Below, in pieces: positions 47,797 through 56,834 of a stretch of DNA of 64,000 bases. The DNA comes from a virus. Its lineage: Duplodnaviria > Caudoviricetes. The stretch is from positions 1-64,000 of the IMG/VR virus record IMGVR_UViG_3300022670_001836. One strand, written 5' to 3'. The position numbers were made by a program, and so were the translations under genes. The notes below the pieces were generated by a model, which had not been told where the DNA came from, did not search any database, and saw nothing but the letters and a program-made list of their open reading frames with translations. Each line of letters starts with the position of its first letter. The stretch's first letter is position 1.

Positions 47797-49796
47797 CAGT
47801 CTTTCCTATCCGTGGTGACGTCCTGCGAGCCGACAAGTACGCCTTCTTTATCCATGAAAGTGACTGTGATTTTTTGAGGTTGTGCCAATGTTCTTTCGGA
47901 AATAAATTCTTTTAATGCCTCAACGAAAAGTTGAAAGTCAGCTGATTTAGTCATGTCCTCAGAAGTGGCAAAACCCATTTGCGTGGCTAGTCTTTTTGTT
48001 TGAGCTTTACTAAAACCGAGCGTCAGGTCTCCGGTTGGTGTGAATTCGCCTTCTTCCCCAGCAAAGATATCGCGTAGTTTTTGACTGAGTTGCATGGCCA
48101 TCTTGCCTTGAAAACCACCAAATAATTGGGCTTCACCACCACCCCCAACAGCAAAACGGCTGGTGATGGCTTCAAGTTTTTTCTGCGAAATTTTGTCAAC
48201 AAAACCATGTTCCCCCACAAATTTACGCATGAATTCTTCACGGTCATCACGAAGCATCAAACCAGCCACATCGCCCAACAAGAGCGAAGCCGCTCTGAAA
48301 ATGGGAACGGCCTCGCCAAATCTCAGCATGGCATCGGTTTGTTTGGCCCTGGCGGCTTCAAGTTTGTCAGCCTCCATTTGTGGGTCAAAGGCAGCGGCAC
48401 GCTTTTTGAATTCAGCCAACCCGCCTCCGGTGGTCAGATCGAGACCTTGCACCACTTCAAGAAAGGCTTTTGTTTCTGTGAATTTTCTTTTTGTTTCACC
48501 GGCAAGAATGACGGCCACGTTGTCTAAAGAGCCTGTGCTGGCCGTCATTTCTTTGAGCATGGTTTGGAAGACCTTGCCCCCATCGGCCATGATGCCTTTA
48601 TCCAGTTCTTTTAAGACGTCAATCTGCGATCTGCCTTGTTCACCGGCGATTTTTGAAGTCAAGAATCTACCGAAAGTACCTCCGATAATGCCCTGACCCG
48701 ATTGAAGCACGTTGTCAACAGAAGCGAGCATTTGCCTCATGCCAGCACCGGTGAATTCAGCACCTTTTTGAGCCAACCCCCCCATAACACGGGTGAAGAA
48801 GTTGACTGCGTCTCGTTTTTCTGATTTGTCCAAGGTGGTCGAGATGGTTTTGAGATAATCGACAGCCTGGCTCAAAAATTCGCCCACGCGCCCGCGCAAG
48901 GCTGGCGCTCCGGCTCTGGCTCGTTCGCCGAGGCCCCCTAAAAATTCGCCTAAACCGCCACCTTCAATTCCGGCTCCTCTCGCCTGACCAATCAGGCCCG
49001 CAGCTCGTTCGCCACGAAGACCTAAAAACTTGGCAATACGTGCAGCCCCAGTAATGTCTTCCGCGAGATTTCCGAATTGTTCACCCCTGGTTCTCCCAGT
49101 CATGCCGCCAGCGCCGGTGATGGTCTGAGCCATTTGAAGGGTCTGAGGTCTGGCGAAACCAAAACGTCTCATCTGACCACCGATCCCTCTATCAAAATCC
49201 ATGATTCTTTCAACAACTCGTTGATTTCCGGTGAGACCACGGGCGAAAGCGAGTTCGCTGGTCATGTGTTTGACAAACATGTCGCTGGCTTCTTTCGCCG
49301 TACCGGCCAATTTTTTAAGAGCCATACCAGCGGCGACGGCTGCACCAATCACCGGACCACCGGCCTGAAAAGCACCCGCAATTTGCCCGACAGCCGTGCC
49401 CCCTAAAGCCGTTCTGGCCAATTGACCACCAAACTGCCCCAATCGACCCCCTCGACCCAATTGAGCTTGGCCGGCAACAGTTTCAGCCTTGGCGGCAATT
49501 CGTTGAACACCAATGGTTTCGCGTTGAAGTCGTCTTCCTAATCGCTCTCGCTCAGGACCGGCGGTTTCCGCCTCAATTCTTTCGCGAATATCAACAAGGC
49601 CGAGAGCTTTTTGCTTGATCTGTAGGCGTTGCTGCTCAAAAAGATGGCGGGCACGTTCGCTGACCTGCCCCCCTCTTTTTGTGGCTTCTTTATAGAGATC
49701 TTCAAGGCGTTTGAGCGCTTTGGCTGTTTCAACCACCTCTTGCCTGATATCACTGAGGCCATCGACCTCCAGCTTGATTTTTTTAGAATCAACCAT
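47796..49796 (-). CDS. Tape measure protein
   Basis: Gly/Ala-rich helical 666 aa, between the chaperones and the hub. Confidence 0.8.
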   Translation of the reverse strand: MVDSKKIKLEVDGLSDIRQEVVETAKALKRLEDLYKEATKRGGQVSERARHLFEQQRLQIKQKALGLVDIRERIEAETAGPERERLGRRLQRETIGVQRIAAKAETVAGQAQLGRGGRLGQFGGQLARTALGGTAVGQIAGAFQAGGPVIGAAVAAGMALKKLAGTAKEASDMFVKHMTSELAFARGLTGNQRVVERIMDFDRGIGGQMRRFGFARPQTLQMAQTITGAGGMTGRTRGEQFGNLAEDITGAARIAKFLGLRGERAAGLIGQARGAGIEGGGLGEFLGGLGERARAGAPALRGRVGEFLSQAVDYLKTISTTLDKSEKRDAVNFFTRVMGGLAQKGAEFTGAGMRQMLASVDNVLQSGQGIIGGTFGRFLTSKIAGEQGRSQIDVLKELDKGIMADGGKVFQTMLKEMTASTGSLDNVAVILAGETKRKFTETKAFLEVVQGLDLTTGGGLAEFKKRAAAFDPQMEADKLEAARAKQTDAMLRFGEAVPIFRAASLLLGDVAGLMLRDDREEFMRKFVGEHGFVDKISQKKLEAITSRFAVGGGGEAQLFGGFQGKMAMQLSQKLRDIFAGEEGEFTPTGDLTLGFSKAQTKRLATQMGFATSEDMTKSADFQLFVEALKEFISERTLAQPQKITVTFMDKEGVLVGSQDVTTDRKD

Positions 49797-50086
49797 GTCT
49801 GTTGTCTAAATCTTCCCAGAACTGTTCGTCGATCTCGATTTCGCTCAAGTCAATATCGCTACGGTAGACGTCGTGGCCTTTTTCAATATCGGCAGTGTCT
49901 TTAAGATGTTCTTCCAACTGCTCCACTCCTTCAAAATCGATCAGCCAATCTATTGCGCAGCTCTCTAAAAACCGTGGATCGTTGGCGGGCAGTTTGTAGT
50001 GCTGCCTGTACCAAAACGATCTATTGCTGAGCTGTCGCCGCGCTTCCCTCTTGATTTCCGCTGGTATCGTGTCCCTTTCGAAAAAG
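49789..50086 (-). CDS. Tail assembly chaperone C-terminal extension (expressed by frameshift)
   Basis: FWYRQHYKLPANDPRFL motif; overlaps the upstream chaperone in the +1 frame. Confidence 0.7.
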
Positions 50087-50407
50087 TGACCTCCACTCGT
50101 AGAATTGTTCATACAAGTCGATAATCATGTCGATGTCATCGCAGGTATCAAAGTCAAAATCTTCAGGAAGTTTTTCGGCACAGACAACAAGCTCGCTCAT
50201 GACCGTGGCCAGGTAGTAGCTGTGCGCATCGATGCCCAATGGGTATTCTTTTTTCTTTTCAATGTCATACTCAAACTTCACACCCGTGAGGTAAACTTCA
50301 CCTCGATGGCGCGAAATTTCGATGATGTCTTTGACTGTGGGGTAACGAAAAGCGAAAGTGCCGAAACCTTCAACATCTTTCTGCCAGATCTTCAAATTCT
50401 TGTTCAT
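50021..50407 (-). CDS. Tail assembly chaperone
   Basis: GTFAFRYPT...LYEQFYEWRSLFR; position after the tube gene. Confidence 0.8.
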   Translation of the reverse strand: MNKNLKIWQKDVEGFGTFAFRYPTVKDIIEISRHRGEVYLTGVKFEYDIEKKKEYPLGIDAHSYYLATVMSELVVCAEKLPEDFDFDTCDDIDMIIDLYEQFYEWRSLFRKGHDTSGNQEGSAATAQQ

Positions 50408-50598
50408 TGCAACTCCTCTACGGTTTTTCCGCTTATTGATTTGAGTGTTTTTGGAAGCACGTCGCTTCCCGTTAAGGTTTCTTCTTTTCTGACGAGTTTG
50501 ACGATGCCTTTTTGAAATTGAAAGGTCAGGGTTCCATAGAACCCTTCCTCTTCGATTTCTTTAAAAAGTTCGGCGACTCGTTCGTATTTTTCTTGCAT
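50404..50598 (-). CDS. Small DUF2292/YezD-like protein
   Basis: FYGTLTFQFQKGIVKLVRKEET. Confidence 0.6.
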   Translation of the reverse strand: MQEKYERVAELFKEIEEEGFYGTLTFQFQKGIVKLVRKEETLTGSDVLPKTLKSISGKTVEELQ

Positions 50599-50626
50599 GG
50601 GTTTTTCCCTTTACAGATGCGATTTT

Positions 50627-51070
50627 TTAGCTGGATGATTCTCCTGTGGTCATGTCGCCGAAGGTTCTGAGAGCCATGAATTGAGCGCTCTTTGCCACGA
50701 TGGCATGTTTGGTGATCTCGATGTCGCCTGAGGCAAAGGTACATCCCTCATACTTCTTCAAAACGCGACCGGTGATTTTGTCTTGCACCTCGATGTCAAA
50801 CACAGTGCCCTTCAAAGAGTCTTCAGGTGTGATATGCGCTAGGCCCTCTGAGAACATTGACTGACGGCGTAAAGACATATACTGAACAGTCAAAGAATAA
50901 CGAGCCACGGTGGTGACATGCTCCTGAACTGTGACCTCCCCCACGCCGGAAAGTGGCTCCGGCGCATAATCATCATTCATGCGCAATGACTGTATAACGC
51001 CGACTTCTCGGTTGTCTTGTTTGACAACGATAAGATTGCCTGAGTGAGCGAGTAAATTTGTACGAGCCAT
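50627..51070 (-). CDS. Tail tube protein
   Basis: HSGN...VG.IQS...DDY......GVGE...QEHV; FDIEVQDK...Y.GC; follows the sheath. Confidence 0.88.
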   Translation of the reverse strand: MARTNLLAHSGNLIVVKQDNREVGVIQSLRMNDDYAPEPLSGVGEVTVQEHVTTVARYSLTVQYMSLRRQSMFSEGLAHITPEDSLKGTVFDIEVQDKITGRVLKKYEGCTFASGDIEITKHAIVAKSAQFMALRTFGDMTTGESSS

Positions 51071-51080
51071 ATGTTTCTCC

Positions 51081-53444
51081 TTATGCGGTCAAAGTGCCCT
51101 GGAAGGGGACCAAATGGGCGGCGATCAAAATGTAATTGGCGGGGATCCCGATGGATGCTTCGAAAGAAACCTCAACCACATCACCATTGAGTGTGGCGGT
51201 GATATTTCTAAAACCAGGGTTTTCGGTATCGCCCACGATCAAACCATCGCGCTGCAGGTTGTTTAAGATTGATTGAGTACGAGACACGACCGCTGGCAGA
51301 AAAAAGATATCCGAGACGCGGCCCACAAATTCCAACCCCAATGCCTGTTCAACAGACTCGGCGATCTCATCCGCATTCAAGCGAACTGAGATTTCGGTGT
51401 CTGTGAATTTTGTGCTACCGAGTTCTGTGGTGAGGCCTTGAACAACTCGAATACCCACACCTGGCACGACTTCAGGGAATAATAAACCACCCTGTAACAA
51501 CGCTCGTTGTTCGGCAATGGTGAGATCATTCGTGAATTCGATACCTTGAGTGCTGATGAAGCGATTTGTCACCGCATTGGGGATCCCCAATCCGGCCTGA
51601 AGCCCAGCAAATTGAGCGGCCACCAGGAAGGGATCCAGATCCACTAAATCACCATCATCATTGAAATCTTTGAGACCGAAGGGCACCAAGGCCGTCCGGT
51701 TAGAATTCAGATTGAAGGCACGATCAAGGTAGTTGTCGAGGGTAATTGTTCTTTCGCCGAGCGCCCCGCCGGCGAATTGGACACGGCGTTTTTTGTTGAT
51801 GATGCCAGACATCGTTTGAACATGGGTGTCACCCATCGCATGAACAGAGGCTATAGAGGTCAACAAGCACAATATCTTGATATCAACAGTTTCAAGCAAA
51901 AGAAGTGCTTCGCTCCATTCAGTGTTTGTGAGAGCACCTTCGATGCCGCCGGCGAAGAAAGTGGGCGGAATATTTGTGGGCACGACTTTAGCTGCGCCCG
52001 CTTGGACCGCTTCGATAATGTCACCAAAGCCCCCACTATTGAGGGCATCGATCACGGCTTGAAAATCAGACTTCGCCTGAAAGACAGCTGTTTTGATATC
52101 TTGGGCGGCCACGTCATCCAATTCACTCGATGCGCGAGTGGGAAGGGTGTCTGAAACAATACAGGTGTAGTTGGCATCTGTATCGATAAAATCGCAGAGC
52201 TCTTGCAAAGTGGGAAAGTTTGAAAAAAGCAAATTCAGATTTTCACTGGGTGCGCCGGTCACAGTTGTCGTGAGCGAAGTTGCCCCAATATCCATCACGG
52301 CGGCTGAACCAGCACCGATGTATTGAACGGTAAAACTGTTGCGTTCGACGTTGTCTTCGCGATTGACAGAGCCGTCTTTTTCGAGAGTCAGTTTTTTGCC
52401 GGTTAATGTGCCATCTTCAATTTCCAGTTTGATACCGGTGGTATGCAAACCAAAATCCACGCTGGTGAGATTGATCGTCACAGCAGGAGCGGCAGCCGAT
52501 CCAGAATGAAGTACGTTGTCAAAACCAAAAACGGTGGCCGTCGATGTCACGTTGACTTGGATACTTGAAGCAACGCCGAGAGTGTTTGAAACAAGGCTCA
52601 GCTCAAGCCCAGCCAACTGATTGACGGTGAGGCCGGCAATGGCCGCCTCGATCACAGTTTTGGCTTCTGCGAAGGTGACAGCGTTGATATCGGCCACGTT
52701 ACCGGTGCCCGCAACCAGGCCGAGTGCTTGTCCGATTTTCGCCAAAATTGTACCGGAGCCTGCAATAATATTCACGCTTGAAGCGGTGCCCTCGCTATCT
52801 GATTTGATGTCGATTTCACCCGCATTGATAATGGCCGCAGCACCCAGCAATTGGGCGTTGATAACTTGTGCGTACAACTCGGCAGTGGTTTCGGTACCCG
52901 CTCCAAAAGTAATGGTTTGAGTAGGGCCCCCATCAATGCTGATATCAAGGGTTTCTGCAGCCGAAGCGGCGAAGGTGCCGGCAGCCCCTGCCTTGAGTCC
53001 TGAGGTGGCCAAGAAGGTGGCTGTTGCATCTCCCCCAGCATCCACATCGACCACCAAAGTTTGGCCGGCATCGAGGTTCCAGGGAGCAGCAGCAGTGCCA
53101 TCGGCCTGGCCCGCTGAAGCGGCGACGCCTGAATTGAGATCAAGGATTGACTGGGTGGCCGCGTTGGCGCGAATTGTAAAAAGCTCAAAAACACCTGGGC
53201 TGTCAGCCGAAGGAGCAAAACACTTTTTACAGGCTTCGACGATATCACCCTTACGGTGAGCGCGACGCACTGAAGTGATGTCTGTGAAACGACGAATCAA
53301 ATTAGGCTCACCGCCCTCCGCCTGGCCGACAATGGCCACAATGATTGAGTTGTCAACGTTATCGTTATTGAGCGCGGTATCATCAATTCTTGCGGCCGCT
53401 TGCGGCTTGATAAGAAATTGACCATCAAAGTTAACTCCACCCAT
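51081..53444 (-). CDS. Contractile tail sheath protein with inserted domains
   Basis: IVGQAEGGEP; C-terminal IRVVQGLTT...EISV...PANYILI. Confidence 0.92.
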   Translation of the reverse strand: MGGVNFDGQFLIKPQAAARIDDTALNNDNVDNSIIVAIVGQAEGGEPNLIRRFTDITSVRRAHRKGDIVEACKKCFAPSADSPGVFELFTIRANAATQSILDLNSGVAASAGQADGTAAAPWNLDAGQTLVVDVDAGGDATATFLATSGLKAGAAGTFAASAAETLDISIDGGPTQTITFGAGTETTAELYAQVINAQLLGAAAIINAGEIDIKSDSEGTASSVNIIAGSGTILAKIGQALGLVAGTGNVADINAVTFAEAKTVIEAAIAGLTVNQLAGLELSLVSNTLGVASSIQVNVTSTATVFGFDNVLHSGSAAAPAVTINLTSVDFGLHTTGIKLEIEDGTLTGKKLTLEKDGSVNREDNVERNSFTVQYIGAGSAAVMDIGATSLTTTVTGAPSENLNLLFSNFPTLQELCDFIDTDANYTCIVSDTLPTRASSELDDVAAQDIKTAVFQAKSDFQAVIDALNSGGFGDIIEAVQAGAAKVVPTNIPPTFFAGGIEGALTNTEWSEALLLLETVDIKILCLLTSIASVHAMGDTHVQTMSGIINKKRRVQFAGGALGERTITLDNYLDRAFNLNSNRTALVPFGLKDFNDDGDLVDLDPFLVAAQFAGLQAGLGIPNAVTNRFISTQGIEFTNDLTIAEQRALLQGGLLFPEVVPGVGIRVVQGLTTELGSTKFTDTEISVRLNADEIAESVEQALGLEFVGRVSDIFFLPAVVSRTQSILNNLQRDGLIVGDTENPGFRNITATLNGDVVEVSFEASIGIPANYILIAAHLVPFQGTLTA

Positions 53445-53455
53445 CGAAATACTCC

Positions 53456-53671
53456 TTATTTACCTTTGAATTCTTCGAAACGGGAGGCGTAGTTTTTCTT
53501 TGTGTCCCGTACCCTTCCGGCTACTTTTTCTTGATGTAGAAAGCCACCTAACAAGGCAGAATTACGGGAATCAACAACGCTATTCACAAACCTTTGAATT
53601 GAAACCAAAGGCTCACGTACTGGAGCTTCTTGTTGAGTTGGATTAGACGTCGATTTTGATTTCTTCCCCAT
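53456..53671 (-). CDS. Small phage protein upstream of the sheath
   Basis: 71-aa ORF with AAGGAAG RBS. Confidence 0.65.
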   Translation of the reverse strand: MGKKSKSTSNPTQQEAPVREPLVSIQRFVNSVVDSRNSALLGGFLHQEKVAGRVRDTKKNYASRFEEFKGK

Positions 53672-54043
53672 CTTCCTTGCTTCCTTTCGTTCTCATTTGT
53701 CAAACAAACGAGAGTTGGATTCAGCAAGGGGGTAGTTGCCTTGTTATGATTTCAAATAATATAGTTCTTAAGTTGGGGGATAGCGACTATGAGATTGATA
53801 TTGAGGGGTACGGCAATTGCCCCTGCCGAGATTAGAGATCAGCATTAAGTGCGTACGCTGAGATCGTAGAACCATCGTTGGCTTCGGGGTTCGTTTTTGA
53901 AAATCTTATAGTCGTTCGTGTTTACCTTTTGTTATCCTGTTATCAGAACCACACATTGATGAGGCAATGTGCGCTGACAGCGCAGAAGTGGCGATCGCCG
54001 CCCAAAAAACGCCCTCATTTTTTGATACGTTTGCGTTATAATT

Positions 54044-54071
54044 GGTTCGTATAATAGATGTTATGTTCTCG
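54044..54071 (+). other. attI-like (also dif-like) recombination site heading the cassette array
   Basis: GGTTCGTATAA-TAGATG-TTATGTTCTCG; G/TTATGT (54060-54066) is the exact complement of ACATAAC in attC1. Confidence 0.65.
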
Positions 54072-54094
54072 AATCACAAAAAGGGGTATTCACA

Positions 54095-54430
54095 ATGAAG
54101 TATTGTTTAATTTTAACTTTCTTGCTTTTGACTGGTTGCACATCAGACGTTCTTCACGTTGGGAAAGACACATACATGGTGTCGTCAAGTGGCGCAGGTT
54201 TTTCCACAGGTGGAGTGCGGACAAGTGTTATCGAAAAAGCTAACAAGTTTTGTGCGGAACAAGGCAAGGTTATGGTCATTCTTAGTCTTGACGTTCAGCC
54301 GGGAAGGCTCGGAAGAAATCCCCCGAGTGCCGATTTAACCTTTAGAGCTGTTGCGCCAGAAGATGCTGAAAATGTGCGGCCTAATTTTGAGCGTGCTCCT
54401 GATCATATTCAAGAATATAGGGTTAGATAA
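54095..54430 (+). CDS. Lipoprotein (cassette 1)
   Basis: LLTGC lipobox; GKDTYMVS...ANKFCAEQGK. Confidence 0.85.
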   Translation: MKYCLILTFLLLTGCTSDVLHVGKDTYMVSSSGAGFSTGGVRTSVIEKANKFCAEQGKVMVILSLDVQPGRLGRNPPSADLTFRAVAPEDAENVRPNFERAPDHIQEYRVR

Positions 54431-54487
54431 ATAAATGAAGCTGCTAAATCATTATGGGAAATTGCGGAAGAATATCTTGAAAAGAAC

Positions 54488-54543
54488 ACATAACTAAGCG
54501 CTGCAGCGGAACCCTACGGGCCCGCTGAGCTTTGATGTTAGAC
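54488..54543 (+). other. attC site 1 (56 bp)
   Basis: ACATAAC-taagc-GCTGCAGC-ggaaccctacgggccc-GCTGAGC-tttgat-GTTAGAC. Confidence 0.9.
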
Positions 54544-54724
54544 CTTGCTTCTATTGTGCCCAAATACATCAATTTATTTATTGTGTCTAAAGTGTCTATT
54601 CCGAAGATATTTTAGAAATTTCAAATCTTGTAGCGGCAAGTCATTTTAAAGTTAAGATGTTAGTTAGCTTTAGCTTAAACCCTTCGAAAGGAACGAATAT
54701 GGTAAATTGGAAAGCGTGTCAAAA

Positions 54725-55357
54725 ATGAAAAAAACAATAACCGCCTTGGCATTTGTCATCGGCCTAATGTTTGCGAGTATAGCGCAGGAAAAACAAAAAG
54801 AATGGTCAGCACAGATTGGCCTAACGAATTCAACTCTTGATGAAGAAACAGTTGTTGGGGTCAACACCACAAGCGATTATTTGGACGACTTCAGTGTGGG
54901 CACAGATGTTAAAATTCAGTACCACATAAGCGACATGTTTTCGATTGGCATTGGCCGTAATGAGATCACCTTCGATGAAGATAGTTTTGATCCGGCTGAA
55001 AGCTTGAGCGATCTTAAGATGAATGCGACCTATATTAGCTTAACTTTTAGCGCCCCAAAAAGAACTTGGCAGGGCTATGGCTCTATAGAAATTGGTGATA
55101 GCGACATTGATGATGTTGATGTCACTTACACTGCCACCGCCTTCACCAATAATATTTATGAGGGTGAATCGGGAAATTACTTTGCATTTGGCGGCGGTGT
55201 TAAATACCATATTAACGAGGACATTTTCTTGGATTTTTCTTTTCGCGTAAGAGATTATGGGACGATCCAAAGAAATGCGGTAAATTACACAGCGGCGATT
55301 CAAGATGTTGATGTCGTGACTTCTGGTTTCGATATTGCATTTGGTATAAAGTTCTAA
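54725..55357 (+). CDS. Outer-membrane beta-barrel protein (OmpA/OmpW-like; cassette 2)
   Basis: Signal peptide; FGGGVKY; C-terminal FGIKF. Confidence 0.85.
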   Translation: MKKTITALAFVIGLMFASIAQEKQKEWSAQIGLTNSTLDEETVVGVNTTSDYLDDFSVGTDVKIQYHISDMFSIGIGRNEITFDEDSFDPAESLSDLKMNATYISLTFSAPKRTWQGYGSIEIGDSDIDDVDVTYTATAFTNNIYEGESGNYFAFGGGVKYHINEDIFLDFSFRVRDYGTIQRNAVNYTAAIQDVDVVTSGFDIAFGIKF

Positions 55358-55366
55358 GGACTATTT

Positions 55367-55430
55367 ATCTAACTAAGCGCTGCAGCGGACACAGCACCAG
55401 AGCGAGCCGTTTGCCCCGCCTCCGCTCAGA
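55367..55430 (+). other. attC site 2, truncated (left half only)
   Basis: ATCTAAC-taagc-GCTGCAGC-gga..., with no matching L'/GTTRRRY. Confidence 0.7.
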
Positions 55431-55486
55431 GACCTAATAAAAAGAAAAAAAAGTGAATTAAACTTTGAAATAATATTGGAGAAAAC

Positions 55487-55939
55487 ATGTCAAAAACAAT
55501 TGAACAAATGCTTTTCAACAATCAAATGTTTAGCATTTTAACTTTAAAGAAAGATCCCAATTTAGGAAATAATATTTCTGACGCTTATGCCTATGCATGG
55601 TATCACAGTATTTATCCTTTTTTTCATGACGATGCCGAATGGCATAAGCCATATGGTGATCTTTTTAAAATTTCAGGCAGTATGGTGGATGAAATCAGCC
55701 TTTTCTTTGACACAATTTGGAAACAGCAAAATACAATTTCATTTTATGAGCTTGAGGAGCAATTTAAGGCGAAGACTCATTGGCCTCGATCTTCTTTAAT
55801 AGTCGTTTGTAGATACCTGTTTCTAGATGATGGTTTTAGCAATACATTTTGGAACAAGCTTTGTGAAAACAAGAAATGCCCTGTAGAAGCGCATTCAATA
55901 ATATTACCATTTAAAGCAAGTGATCTATATCTTGAATAA
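55487..55939 (+). CDS. Hypothetical protein (cassette 3)
   Basis: GGAG RBS; ends 14 bp before attC3. Confidence 0.8.
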   Translation: MSKTIEQMLFNNQMFSILTLKKDPNLGNNISDAYAYAWYHSIYPFFHDDAEWHKPYGDLFKISGSMVDEISLFFDTIWKQQNTISFYELEEQFKAKTHWPRSSLIVVCRYLFLDDGFSNTFWNKLCENKKCPVEAHSIILPFKASDLYLE

Positions 55940-55953
55940 TCGAATAGTTTATC

Positions 55954-56009
55954 ATCTAACTAAGCGCTGCAGCGGAACCCTACGGGCCCGCTGAGCTTAG
56001 TTGTTAGAC
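55954..56009 (+). other. attC site 3 (56 bp)
   Basis: ATCTAAC-taagc-GCTGCAGC-ggaaccctacgggccc-GCTGAGC-ttagtt-GTTAGAC; core identical to attC1. Confidence 0.9.
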
Positions 56010-56017
56010 CGTAAGAA

Positions 56018-56182
56018 TCATTCTGAGGTTAAATTTTCGTTTGAAGAATTTGATTCCGGTCTTTTAAAAACTGAAGGTGGTGGTGGTGCAATCGGAGCTA
56101 CAGTTCTTGTACCAGGCTTATCAGCCGCTTTTACCAAACTCTTAACAACGCCTTCAGTTAGTGGTGAGATTTTTTTTTCCAT
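56018..56182 (-). CDS. Small proline-rich peptide (54 aa)
   Basis: AAGGAGGT RBS; MEKKISPLTEGVVKSLVKAADKPGTRTVAPIAPPPPSVFKRPESNSSNENLTSE; overlaps the 3' end of the membrane gene. Confidence 0.7.
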   Translation of the reverse strand: MEKKISPLTEGVVKSLVKAADKPGTRTVAPIAPPPPSVFKRPESNSSNENLTSE

Positions 56183-56834
56183 CGGTTACCTCCTTTAACA
56201 TTGCGTTAGGTATTTGCTCTATTATAAACTTTCCTGCTTCTTTTGACAAATAAATCGTAGGCACTTCATATAGAAGGTTTGAAATTTCATCAAAAACAGA
56301 CACTTCGTAGAGAACGAGCTCCTGAACTTTTTCATTCTCTGAATAAGATTTAAGCCTCCCTTGATAAATTTTCTTTTCATCAAAATCGCGGATGTATAAC
56401 CAATCAATTTCTTTTGAGTTCAAATAATATGAATAAAGATTTTCATCACCATACTTAACCCCCACTTTACATATTCTCGCAACTCTGTTCATCACTTTAT
56501 GATTTATTATTGCCGATGCAAAAAAAGCGACCGGAACCGCAAGTAGTGTTGCCCAAAATATTTCGCTGATATTAATAATAAAATCTGTTTTTTCGAAATT
56601 ATTTAAAATAGTCAATTTTTCAAAGAAAATACGTTCAATCCGAATGGCGGAAAAAAAATCAATAATTATGTATGCCGTTTGTAGAGAGCCGTATGAAAGA
56701 GTGCCTAATAAGAAAGAATAAAGAACGAACTTAAAAGGGTTCCATTTTGAATGGACGGCAATCTTATCACAAACGATTGCTGCCACGATTCCTGGAAAAA
56801 ATATTATCATTAGAGTAACAGCGAGTTGGTTCAT
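56154..56834 (-). CDS. DUF6338-like membrane protein
   Basis: IFFPGI first TM, three TMs, C-terminal YQGRLKSYSE...ELVL.EV...IYL domain. Confidence 0.7.
   Translation of the reverse strand: MNQLAVTLMIIFFPGIVAAIVCDKIAVHSKWNPFKFVLYSFLLGTLSYGSLQTAYIIIDFFSAIRIERIFFEKLTILNNFEKTDFIINISEIFWATLLAVPVAFFASAIINHKVMNRVARICKVGVKYGDENLYSYYLNSKEIDWLYIRDFDEKKIYQGRLKSYSENEKVQELVLYEVSVFDEISNLLYEVPTIYLSKEAGKFIIEQIPNAMLKEVTDGKKNLTTN

Noticed and set aside
39705-53444. eCIS/tailocin or T6SS
   Set aside because: Head-tail adaptor and neck genes are present, and no AAA+ ATPase or membrane complex is seen; a headed phage is more parsimonious, though capsid genes are off window.
53700-54040. intI gene or remnant upstream of the attI-like site
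   Set aside because: The minus-strand frames I translated are short and show no recognisable IntI motif; an HMM search would be needed to exclude a highly decayed remnant.
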